The notes beneath the pieces were generated by a model. The model saw nothing but the letters and a program-made list of their open reading frames with translations, was not told where the DNA came from and did not search any database. A DNA stretch of 17,241 nt from Bryobacteraceae bacterium (lineage in GTDB: Bacteria > Acidobacteriota > Terriglobia > Bryobacterales > Bryobacteraceae). Made by a program: the position numbers and the translations under genes. This document shows, piece after piece, positions 7,385 to 16,500 of the stretch (position 1 is the stretch's first letter; every line of letters starts with the position of its first letter). The stretch covers positions 1-17,241 of the forward strand of contig JASIAM010000264.1 in assembly GCA_030041985.1 (NCBI GenBank), written 5' to 3'.

Positions 7385-9370
7385 ATGTGGCTAATATTCC
7401 TAATCGTTTTTACGTGGTTCTGCGTACTCATCTATGACGTATTTTCGATAGGTGATCAACCGCCCGAATCGAAAGAATTTGTATTTCCCCGCGCCCATCG
7501 CCTGACGCGTGGACTGACATTGCTGTACGCCAGTGCGGTGATAGCAGTTGTGGTGTGGCTGACCCTCGGATCCCTGGGAATGAGCGCGCCGCGCGAGTGG
7601 GTTGAGGGTGGCTGGGGGGCCATCGCGTTGCCGACGCTCCTTGTGGCGCTCACTGGCTCGGTCGCCACACTAGCCCTGACCGGCGCGCGATTCCGGTACG
7701 CATCGGGTGGGGAGAGTCAGAATACCGAGACGCAACCGGGGCCGTTGCTCAAGTGGATGGTGAATCCCGGATTCGCCGCCCGGCAGGGACAAGCCATCAT
7801 TGTGACGACTGGTGCGGTGCTCGTATGGATCGCGGAGCGGTGGCTGTGGCCGGTGGAGACATCCCCAAACGCAGAAGTGGCGGCCAACGTCGGGATCGCC
7901 GTCGGTGCTGCGCTCGCGCTCGCCTTCGCATCGCTCATGGCGGAGCGCCTTGTGAACGCCTTCCCTGAGCCTCAGTTACCCGAGGCCCCGACGATTCGGC
8001 GTCTGTTGCTTTTTACAACTCTGATGCTCGTTGCGGGGGCATGTTTGGAAATTGTACATGGTGCGGGTGTCACGTGGCTTCGCTGGCTCGTCTGCGCCTT
8101 GGCTTGCCTCCCGGGGTTGATCGTGTTCGAGCTCATCCTGCGTGCGCTGGGCCGGCTCTTCCTCCCAGCACCGCTACCCGCCGCCGCCACCGCCGTCACG
8201 GATAGCTTGGTCGCTGCCTTGGTCACCAGGAGACCTCGAGCGCCTGGCACCATCCTTCGCACCCATCTCGGATTGGATTTTTCAAGGAGTTGGGCCCTTG
8301 CGTTCTTGAGCAAGGCGCTCCTACCGGCCATCTTCGGGACCGGTTTGCTGTGTTGGGGATTGAGCGGCGTGAAGCTGATCGATCTGGGGCAGCGCGACAT
8401 TTACGAACGATTTGGCGCTCCGGTCGCCGTGCTCGGACCCGGCCTCCACATGGTGCTGCCGTGGCCGATCGGACGGTTGCGTCCCGTCGAATACGGCACC
8501 ATTCACTCCGTGGCGATCGGCGTCGACCAGGCGGAACCGGACAAAGCGATGTCGGCCGATGCGGAGGCCCCGGCCCCGCTCGCCCTGAATCGACTCTGGG
8601 AAAGCTCACATCCGGGGCAGGCCTACTATTTAGTGCCGAGCGCGGGTATTGGTTCCGAAAGCGTCCAGGAAGTCGCCACTGAGATCAGTGTGCTGTACCG
8701 CGTCGGCTTGAGCGACGAGGCAGCTTTGAACTCGGTGTACAGGGTCGCCGATCCCGAATCGCTGATCCGAGACGAGGCTGGCCGCCTAGTACTTCGTTTT
8801 TTTAACTCGCGGACGCTCGAGGCGGTGATCGGGGCGGACCGCGAGAACATGGCGGGCGCGTTGCGCGATCAACTGGCGGCTGATATCGATTCGCATCAGG
8901 CGGGTATCGAAATCGTCTCTGTGCTCATCGAGGAAATTCATCCTCCGGCTGGTGCGGCCGCGGCGTACCACGCGGTTCAGGCGGCGCAGATCAATTCGAC
9001 GGCAAGTATCTTCGAAGAACAGGCACGGGCCGAACTCAAGGCCGGCACCGCGCAGCAGGAGGCACACCAGATGACGACCGCTGCGGATGCGAAAGCTGAC
9101 GAGACACGGCGTGTCGCCGATGCCGCAGCGTATCGCTTCGATGCGGATCGGCGCGCAGCGGCCGCCGGCGGGAAGGCCTTCGTGCTGGAGCGCTTCTACA
9201 GCAATCTGGATGCGGCCCTGTCGAAGGTTCCGGTGACGATCATCGATCACCGAATCAACTCGGCAGACGGCCCTATTCTCGATCTGCGTGAGGCAGCCGG
9301 AAGCATCGGATCTTCTAAGCCTGCACCCGTTCCGCCCTTGTTGCCCCCGGGGATTATGGACAAGCACTAG
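7385..9370 (+). CDS. Polytopic membrane domain fused to a C-terminal HflK-like SPFH/band-7 domain
   Basis: 661 aa. The N-terminal ~300 residues contain many hydrophobic helices. The SPFH core starts VKLIDLGQRDIYERFGAPVAVLGPGLHMVLPWPIGRLRPVEY. HflK-like motifs IEIVSVLIEEIHPPAGAAAAYHAVQAAQ and RFYSNLDAALSKVPVTIID follow. The first ~70 nt are unusually AT-rich, so the true start may be downstream. Confidence 0.65.
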   Translation: MWLIFLIVFTWFCVLIYDVFSIGDQPPESKEFVFPRAHRLTRGLTLLYASAVIAVVVWLTLGSLGMSAPREWVEGGWGAIALPTLLVALTGSVATLALTGARFRYASGGESQNTETQPGPLLKWMVNPGFAARQGQAIIVTTGAVLVWIAERWLWPVETSPNAEVAANVGIAVGAALALAFASLMAERLVNAFPEPQLPEAPTIRRLLLFTTLMLVAGACLEIVHGAGVTWLRWLVCALACLPGLIVFELILRALGRLFLPAPLPAAATAVTDSLVAALVTRRPRAPGTILRTHLGLDFSRSWALAFLSKALLPAIFGTGLLCWGLSGVKLIDLGQRDIYERFGAPVAVLGPGLHMVLPWPIGRLRPVEYGTIHSVAIGVDQAEPDKAMSADAEAPAPLALNRLWESSHPGQAYYLVPSAGIGSESVQEVATEISVLYRVGLSDEAALNSVYRVADPESLIRDEAGRLVLRFFNSRTLEAVIGADRENMAGALRDQLAADIDSHQAGIEIVSVLIEEIHPPAGAAAAYHAVQAAQINSTASIFEEQARAELKAGTAQQEAHQMTTAADAKADETRRVADAAAYRFDADRRAAAAGGKAFVLERFYSNLDAALSKVPVTIIDHRINSADGPILDLREAAGSIGSSKPAPVPPLLPPGIMDKH

Positions 9371-9382
9371 CCAAGGCGCCTT

Positions 9383-9425
9383 TTGTTGGAGCAGTTCCAG
9401 CGGCTGCTGCTCGCCTTTGCGCTCT
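9383..9425 (+). pseudogene. Possible relic of a znuC-like ABC signature motif
   Basis: The frame starting right after the stop of the 7385-9370 gene encodes ...LLEQFQRLLLAFAL..., matching GQFQRLLLAFAL of the znuC at 5796-6497. By eye, 28 of 33 nt are identical to 6177-6209, with differences mostly at third codon positions. There is no extended ORF. Confidence 0.3.
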
Positions 9426-9652
9426 CGTGGTGCCGCGTGCGGTCGGATAGTAACCGGTCACACCACGCTTGCGTTGCAGGTTGTGTGGATGGAAATCGAT
9501 ACCGTTTGACACAATCCTGTTACGGCTGATACGTCCACTATCATAAACTCTGCCGTTGTCCGGCGAAACCCGCCGAGGGTTCCCAAGCGATCGATGGCGA
9601 GCGGCGGTCACGCACTGCCGGAATAGGTTACTAACCGCAACTCAACATGGAG

Positions 9653-9683
9653 AGCGATGCCTGTTTAGCGATGCCGTGTTAGC
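9653..9683 (+). repeat. 14-bp tandem direct repeats upstream of the 4-TM gene pair
   Basis: AGCGATGCCTGTTT / AGCGATGCCGTGTT / AGC, 37-67 nt upstream of the ATG at 9720. An 11-bp palindrome GGTTAcTAACC sits at 9626-9636. Confidence 0.3.
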
Positions 9684-9719
9684 TTCACCAGAGTAGTAAG
9701 AAAGCGAACACGGAGGGGC

Positions 9720-10235
9720 ATGCACATTCTCAATTGGATTGAACAGACCTCATTCAGTACCTGGGTGCGGGAATCTCCTTCGCTTTTCGCATACCCTACA
9801 ATTCTCTTCTTTCACACCGTGGGCCTGGCATTTCTGGTCGGTCCAAGCATTGCAATTGTGGCAAGGGTGCTCGGGCTGGCTCCGAAACTACCGTTACGGC
9901 CTTTTGAGAAGTTCTATCGCATCATGTGGTTCGGATTTTGGATCAATGTGGTTTCCGGCATTGTGCTCCTCGCCGCGGACGCTACCACCAAGCTGATCAA
10001 CTGGGATTTCTACGTAAAGCTGGGGTTCATCTCAATTGCCGTAGTGGTTCTCAAACGGCTACGAAAACGCCTATTTCATAACCCACAATTGAAGGGGGAT
10101 TGGTCCATTCCGGAGAACGCGAAACCTCTGGGAATCGCGTTGCTCCTATGTTGGGCGGGCGCCATTGCGGCGGGAAGGTTTATGGCCTACCTCGGCCCTG
10201 TGTCCGGCGCGCCCGGACTAAACAATCGATTCTAA
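9720..10235 (+). CDS. Hypothetical 4-TM membrane protein (paralog A)
   Basis: 171 aa. Strong SD GGAGGGG 3-9 nt upstream of the ATG. Four predicted TM helices, with a conserved His in TM1 (FFHTVGLAFLVG). Paralogous to the next ORF. Confidence 0.6.
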   Translation: MHILNWIEQTSFSTWVRESPSLFAYPTILFFHTVGLAFLVGPSIAIVARVLGLAPKLPLRPFEKFYRIMWFGFWINVVSGIVLLAADATTKLINWDFYVKLGFISIAVVVLKRLRKRLFHNPQLKGDWSIPENAKPLGIALLLCWAGAIAAGRFMAYLGPVSGAPGLNNRF

Positions 10236-10265
10236 AATCAGCAATTCCCGAAACAAGGAGCGCGA

Positions 10266-10766
10266 ATGTATTTTGTCGATTTATTTTCCGATTTGCTCAA
10301 CCGAATCGGGCTTCACGGAGTCGTGGCCCACTATGCCTGGATTGTTCCGACGTGCCAAACCATTCATTTCTTTGGACTAGCCCTCCTGATGGGCTTCGTC
10401 GCCCTTTTCGACCTGCGCATGCTGGGGTTCGGAAAGGGACTCTCGATGTTGCATTTGAACCGTTTTCTTCCCTTGGCTGCCATTGGATTCGCCATAAACA
10501 TGATTACCGGCACAATCCTGTATGCGGGAGACCCCTCGATGTTCGGCCACAACGTTGCGTTCGGATTCAAGATGCTCTTCATTTTGCTGGCCGGGATCAA
10601 TGTGTTGGTGTTTTACATTAGCGGCACCGCCCGGACGGTCGAAGCTTTGGGGCCTGGGGATGACGCGCCGCTTGCCGCCCGGGTCATCGGAGGCACTTCG
10701 CTATTCCTGTGGGTGGGAGTCATGTTCTGGGGCCGCATGCTGCCTTTCATTGGCAATGCATTTTAG
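10266..10766 (+). CDS. Hypothetical 4-TM membrane protein (paralog B)
   Basis: 166 aa. SD AAGGAG upstream. Same helix layout as 9720-10235, with corresponding motifs (IHFFGLALLMG vs FFHTVGLAFLVG; AINMITGTILYAGD vs WINVVSGIVLLAAD). Confidence 0.6.
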   Translation: MYFVDLFSDLLNRIGLHGVVAHYAWIVPTCQTIHFFGLALLMGFVALFDLRMLGFGKGLSMLHLNRFLPLAAIGFAINMITGTILYAGDPSMFGHNVAFGFKMLFILLAGINVLVFYISGTARTVEALGPGDDAPLAARVIGGTSLFLWVGVMFWGRMLPFIGNAF

Positions 10767-10796
10767 CAGAGGAACGCCACTTTAGCTTAATTTTGC

Positions 10797-11192
10797 GTGG
10801 TTTGCGAACCCGAGATGTCAAAACACAAACTGAAAGCGTTCCGGCAAATTCTCATAGATAAGAAAGCTGAGATCGAGAATCGCTTGCGTCATCTTGAAGC
10901 AATCGCCAGCCAAACGAGCGCCGACGAACTCGACCGGATGCAATATTCGGCAGAACAGGCCGTCGCGGTTCACCACTTGAATTTCGAATCGGACACGCTC
11001 GTTGAAGTCATGGAGGCGCTGCAACGGGTCGATGAAGGGGATTTTGGCAAATGCGTTCGCTGTATGGAACAAATTAGCCGGAAACGGCTAATGGCCGTTC
11101 CTTGGACTCGTTTCTGCATCCAGTGCAGGACTTTGGGAACGTTAGAAAACTTGGGGAGGCGCCGGTCTCGCAAAGGGCCACTCCGGCATTGA
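10797..11192 (+). CDS. DksA/TraR-family C4-type zinc-finger protein
   Basis: C-terminal CVRCMEQISRKRLMAVPWTRFCIQC (CxxC-x17-CxxC), preceded by a predicted coiled-coil region. This is the DksA/TraR layout. An alternative start at the ATG at 10815 (MSKHKLKAF) is plausible. Confidence 0.65.
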   Translation: MVCEPEMSKHKLKAFRQILIDKKAEIENRLRHLEAIASQTSADELDRMQYSAEQAVAVHHLNFESDTLVEVMEALQRVDEGDFGKCVRCMEQISRKRLMAVPWTRFCIQCRTLGTLENLGRRRSRKGPLRH

Positions 11193-11432
11193 ACTCAATA
11201 AGGCGCTTACCGGCATGGCAACAAGCGTTTTGCCGCTCAGCCCAGTGAAAATTCTCAGAGACTCACAAAGCTTCTGCTAAGGGCCAGGTTGCGATTCTTC
11301 CGAACGCCCCCAAACGTTGAAGAGGCGAAAAGAGAAGCCCGCGCCCACTGGCACGATCCAGGCAGGTTCCGGGCCGGCCACGCGCGATAGTACGAGGAAA
11401 TATCCGCCCGTCAGCCTGCCGATAAAGATTGA

Positions 11433-12923
11433 TCATCGGCATAGTCCAAATTCCCAGTGAACTCTGGCCCCGAAAATTGACACCGGCCCGCGGTCACGGT
11501 TGAAAGCAGGATTCTCAACAAACTGGTAGTCCAATGTGAGATGGGTATTCCTCCAAACATTGAAATCGTAGTAAGTTTCCAGAACCCTCTCCCAGCCGTA
11601 ATTCAGCTTGCCGTCACCGTCGAGTATGTCTTCGCCACCGGCTTCGAGGAACCTTTGGTTGGCAGGCGACGCGCCGCTGAGGACGCCGCCGAGGCCGAAA
11701 GTATCCTGGGGGCGATGCCATAAGTTACCTTTGAGGCTTACACCTAGCGATGCAGTGTAATTGATATCGGTGAATGTCCACGCGTCCTGCTGGCCGTCAT
11801 TCCAGCCAAGGCGTGAAAAGACACCCACGTTTTGGCCAAGTTCCTGTTCCCAGTTTAGTCCGAAGCCGTACTTGAATTGATAGGAACGCAATGAGTCGGG
11901 GATGTCAGCGCCTGACCCCGCAGGTGCGTTGGGCCCGGGCGGATTGGCCAGCAAATATGCGGTCGCCACCCCGTAATTGACGAAGTTGGCTTGATCCAGC
12001 CACTCTAGAAACCGCACGGTCCCCGGGTGATGGTGAACGGTATAGCGGCGCTCGAATTCTGCAGCCATCGCCCATGACTTCAGAAAAGGGCCATAATGAC
12101 CCCGGGCGGGCCACATGAGATACTGGTCGTCCCCTGTGAAGCCATTCTTTACATCAGACATCTGGAAGAATGTGTAACGCAAGGCCCAGTGAGGCTGATT
12201 CAATTCAACTGCAATACCCGTACTAAACCCAACAGTATCCTGGCCATAATCGAAACTTGGGTTGGCCATGAGTCCCCAGTTCATAAATTGTGCGTGCGAA
12301 TCGCCGCCATAACTATTTTGGTCGACGATGTCCTCCGGGGTGAAGCGGCCGAGAGTAATTGTGAGCCGGCGAATGTCCTGCTTACCAGCAAGGGTAAAAC
12401 GGCCATCGGAAACTTCCTCCTGTTCACCGCCCAACCCGATGGTTTGCCGGATGAAGAGATGCGACAAAGTGCCGTTGGGAACTACGGTGCCGGCTTTAAA
12501 AGCGTCGCCATTGGGGAAATCTTCGATGCCAAATGTCTGGCTCAATCCGAACCCCTGCCACATCAACCCGTCCACGTGTGCCTCGGCGCCTGACCACAAC
12601 CGCAAGCCGGCATAGACATCGACGGTCACAGTTTGCTGGACCTGGCCCTGGCTGCTCAGGCTATTGGGGCCGGAATACTTCGCGGAAAAACCTGGGTCGC
12701 CCTGCACAACATCCGTGTTCTGAACGTAAAAGTTCCATCCAGATGAATCTTGTGCGTGTAATGGACGAGCCGAAACAAGGATGGCAATCTGGCTTACGAC
12801 AAAAAAGATAAAACGGATGCGCGTCTTTCGCGCATGGAAATCAAGCTGCACAATTCCTCCAAAATCAGCCTTCGCCGCTACCGCGGACAGTAATGTTGGA
12901 AAGCTTCGCCTGTGGACGCGCAC
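11433..12923 (-). CDS. Outer-membrane beta-barrel porin-like protein (OprB-like carbohydrate-selective porin family suspected)
   Basis: ~496 aa. Signal-peptide-like segment KTRIRFIFFVVSQIAILVSARPLHA-QD. Alternating aromatic/glycine-rich strands and a C-terminal aromatic end (RVHWEF). The annotated first codon is GTG (V translated as M), so the true start is likely an internal GTG just before the signal peptide. Confidence 0.55.
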   Translation of the reverse strand: MRVHRRSFPTLLSAVAAKADFGGIVQLDFHARKTRIRFIFFVVSQIAILVSARPLHAQDSSGWNFYVQNTDVVQGDPGFSAKYSGPNSLSSQGQVQQTVTVDVYAGLRLWSGAEAHVDGLMWQGFGLSQTFGIEDFPNGDAFKAGTVVPNGTLSHLFIRQTIGLGGEQEEVSDGRFTLAGKQDIRRLTITLGRFTPEDIVDQNSYGGDSHAQFMNWGLMANPSFDYGQDTVGFSTGIAVELNQPHWALRYTFFQMSDVKNGFTGDDQYLMWPARGHYGPFLKSWAMAAEFERRYTVHHHPGTVRFLEWLDQANFVNYGVATAYLLANPPGPNAPAGSGADIPDSLRSYQFKYGFGLNWEQELGQNVGVFSRLGWNDGQQDAWTFTDINYTASLGVSLKGNLWHRPQDTFGLGGVLSGASPANQRFLEAGGEDILDGDGKLNYGWERVLETYYDFNVWRNTHLTLDYQFVENPAFNRDRGPVSIFGARVHWEFGLCR

Positions 12924-13024
12924 AAACTCGCATCAGGAGCGCACTCGCGAAGACACAACTCCGCCGGGCGCGGCGATTAAAGGCGCACCACGGGCATTTC
13001 GATGACACGTGGACACCTCCTCGT

Positions 13025-13100
13025 AACTGGAATCTCTGGTCAAAGCTGCCGGAGATTCATGCTCCGGGAGGCGTTTCCAAGACTAAGGACACACGTGTCC
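13025..13100. promoter_or_regulatory. Two CACGTG-cored palindromic motifs upstream of the porin gene
   Basis: GACACGTGGACAC at 13025-13037 and GGACACACGTGTCC (6-bp inverted arms) at 13087-13100. They lie 100-180 nt upstream of the porin start at 12923 on the minus strand. Confidence 0.3.
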
Positions 13101-13481
13101 CCGCCATAGGAGATCCTTCGCTCGGTCGCTAAATTACGAGCGTGGATTTCCGAGAGTTAGGATCTGGGAGGGTGGTCGAAAGGAGCGGGTCTAGCTTCGT
13201 GGGGGGAGGGTGGCTCGATTGCATCTGCCGGTCTCACCAGTAGTGTCACTTCAAGCGAAAAGGGATGCCTCAAGACCACTGCGGCATCACAAAAACAATC
13301 GTGGTCATTCAGCCGGGGGTTAGTGTTAAGTTGCGATCCTGTCTGTAGTGAAGGCAGCGAAAGGCAATCGTCGAGATGAAGGGAACAGATCACAAAGTCA
13401 GCAGACGTGCAGAGGAACACTACCAGTGCAACTGCTCTAACGATTTGGAACCAACGGCTCACTGAATGCCTTCTAAGCTCT

Positions 13482-13520
13482 CTTGGCCGGAAGACTTAGA
13501 GGATACCTCTCCCGGCCAAG
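13482..13520 (-). other. Extended hairpin just downstream of the TonB-dependent receptor stop
   Basis: Perfect 9-bp inverted repeat CTTGGCCGG...CCGGCCAAG with an inner AGAGG/CCTCT stem in the loop. It begins ~23 nt past the stop. There is no U-tract, so it is not a canonical intrinsic terminator. Confidence 0.35.
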
Positions 13521-13542
13521 TACGAAAACGGGACTATATACT

Positions 13543-16500
13543 TCAAAACAGGAACTTCAAAGCAACCTGCACCAGACGGGGCGGCTGTGCATTGATCACA
13601 TAGCCGAAGTTGGCATCGAGAATCTCTCCTTGCACCGATTTGGGGCCGAAGAACTGCGCATGGTTGAAGGCGTTGAAGGCTTCGAAGCGAAACTGGAGCT
13701 GCTTCGTCTCGGTGACCTTGAAGTTACGCAGCAGGTCCAGATCGAAGTTCATCTCGCCCGGCCCGGCGAACGAACGCCGCGATGCAGTCCCGGGCTCGCC
13801 CAGCGCGTTTTGGCTGAACGCCGCGATATTGAAATACGGCTGTCCATTGCGCGGGTTGGAGTTGATTTGAAGCGGCAGACCATTATAGTCCGGCACATCA
13901 AGATAATGGTTGTTGACGCCATTGGGGCTGCTTCCCTGCAGAGAGTTGTCGGCATCGCTGTGCAGTGTCACAGGGAAACCCGTGGTGATGCGGGTGATTC
14001 CGCTAAGCTGCCAGCCGCTGGTGACTGGCCGCCAGTGGTTGGTCAAACGATAGAAAGGAAGGTTCACCGTGTAGGTGGCGACAAAGTTATGCGCGATATT
14101 GAAGGCCGAGAGAGCGCGCGTGCTGGCCAGGTCGTATGGATTGCCGGTGTCGGAGATGCTCGATGCCTGATCGATCGACTTGCTGAAGGTGTAGTTGAAA
14201 GAGAAGTTATAGTTCCTGCCCGCGTGGCGAAAGGCAGCCTGAAGGGAATTGTAGTTTGAGTTAGCGACAGTCGCATCGTAATCATCGTTTGCGTAGTCAC
14301 CGGTAACTCCAAGAGGGCCGGTGCGTGTCCCATTAATCGTCTGGCCGTTCGCCAGAAGGTACGTGTTGTTCTCAAGGCCCGGGCCGCAGGGTTGCGTGCC
14401 CTGCGCAAGAATCGACCCCGGCTGGCCATAAGGAACGCTGAGCTGCAGGCAAAGCTGTGGGTTGCCGGGATCGGCGGAATAAACGAGCAGCAGATGGTGC
14501 GCCTGCGAACCTACATAGCTGACGCTGAGCATCGTGTTCTCGGTGATCTGGCGCTGGATCGAAAGGAAGTAATTCTCATTATAAGGATACGTGTTCCATG
14601 GTTCCGGCGATGTCATGCCGGCTTGCGGAAGGAATATCCCGAATTGCTCAGGATTGGGATGGCTGGCTGTCTGATTCAACGTAGGAAACGCGAACGGATA
14701 CGGATTGCCTAGGAACGTGCCATTCCCTGCCGCTACGTACGGCTGGTCGAAGAGCGGCGGCGCCGGGCTGGTGTAGCTGAGGCCGTACGGAGGCTGTGGC
14801 TCGTCGATCGCCATAACGTTGCCCTCGATCACGGATTCGAAGATGCCGTAGCCTGCGCGAATGCTGGTTTTTCCGCCTCCGGGCGACCAGGCAACGCCGA
14901 TTCGGGGCGAAAAGCGATTCTTAGACGGCACAAGCGTGTTGGAAACTCCAGGATCGCCGGGATAGACTAGTCCCAGCGGCGCGTTCGGCCAAATGACCGA
15001 CTGCTCGCCTGGTATGTACGTGGGAATCTGGTTGAATTTTTCCGACCAGAATTCCATGTGGTCGTAGCGCACGCCGTAGTTAACCGTCAGGTTTGGTCTC
15101 AGGCGCCAGCTATCCTGCACATAAGCGCCCTCGTATCGGTGGCGTATATAGTAAGACTGCGAATCCTGCTGGTTGAAGTATTGCGGCGTGCCGATCAGGA
15201 AATCGGCGAAGTCGAGCCCGGTTTCCTGTCCCGAAAAAGTGAACGAACCGTTAAACATCGCGTCCGGCGTGACGTTCACCTGCTCATAGCTTGCTTCGAA
15301 ACCGGCTTTGAGCGAATGGTCGCCGATGACCCGGGAAAAGTTGTCGTTCGCGCTGTAGGTATTGTTCCACTGCTTCAAATTCGTTATCGGTAGCCCCATC
15401 GTGAATGCATTGAATTCGATGTTCTCGATGCCTTCGATCGCGGGGTCGAGCGGGTAAATCCCAGTCGTGCCAGCACCGGTAACAAAACCCTGCGATGCCA
15501 GGCTGGGGCCAACCCCCCCTTGAGGTTGCCCGACATTGTTGGCGTCACGCATATAGCTTAGGTGAAACTCGTTGACGGAAGTCGAGCCAATGGCCTTCGT
15601 ATGACTGAAGTTGAAGAGTTGCCCCCGGCCGAGATTGAGGGCGTTGAACCCTGGTACTGTGGCACCACCCTGGCCGGACGGATAGGGATTGTTTTGCGTG
15701 AAGTCGTCAAAGAAATAGTAGGCCGAAAACGTGCCGTAATGGTCTGTGTTCGCGTCTAAGCGAAAGCTCCCTTTGTCGTCGCGCGTAATCTGTCCTACTG
15801 CCCCGGTCGAGAATTCGTCGGAACCGACATTCGGCTGTGGGATATATTGCAGCAGGTGCTGGGCCGGTGACGACCAGGCGTACGATGGAATGACGGCATT
15901 GGGAAACACGCACAATTGTGGCGTGGTGCAACCCGGGAAGTAGTACGGCTCGCCGGCGGTAACGCCGTAGTTGAGCTTCTGCGTAAGGATATTGGCGAGG
16001 TAGGATCCGCTGACGCTGCCCGTGAGTTGGCTGGCAACGCCGCTGAGGTCCCCGGTGCGTTCCTGGACGCTGGGGACGGCGATCAGGCCGGTGTCGATTC
16101 CCTGGTTGGTGCGGGTGCCCTGGTAATCGACGAAATAGAAGATCTTATCCTTGCGAATCGGGCCGCCGACCGTGCCTCCAAACTGGTTCTGACGATAGAA
16201 GCTGCGATCCGGGGAGAAGAAGTTGCGGGCGTCGAGATCGGTATTGCGCAAGAATTCGAAGGCGCTGCCGTGAACTTCGTTCGCGCCGGATTTGGTGATC
16301 ACATTGACGATGCCGCCGCTGTAGTTCCCGAACTCGGCGTCAAAGTTATTGGTCAGAACCCGGAACTCGGCGAGCGAGTCGAGATCGGGAATAATTGTGG
16401 TTCCGCCGTTCATCAATTCTTTAACGTCCCCGCCATTGACGAGGTAGCCGTTAGCATCTTCGCGCTGGCCGCTGATCGATTGGTTACCGGCGTTCAGGCC

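Noticed and set aside
11419-11440. Hairpin GCCGAT-N11-ATCGGC overlapping the porin stop codon as an intrinsic terminator
   Set aside because: The stem is only 6 bp and there is no downstream U-tract on the minus-strand transcript. More likely a coincidental inverted repeat.
13157-13462. 101-aa minus-strand ORF in the receptor-porin spacer
   Set aside because: No RBS or domain features. The region is dominated by repeats and hairpins. Treated as non-coding spacer, noted instead as a possible RNA element.
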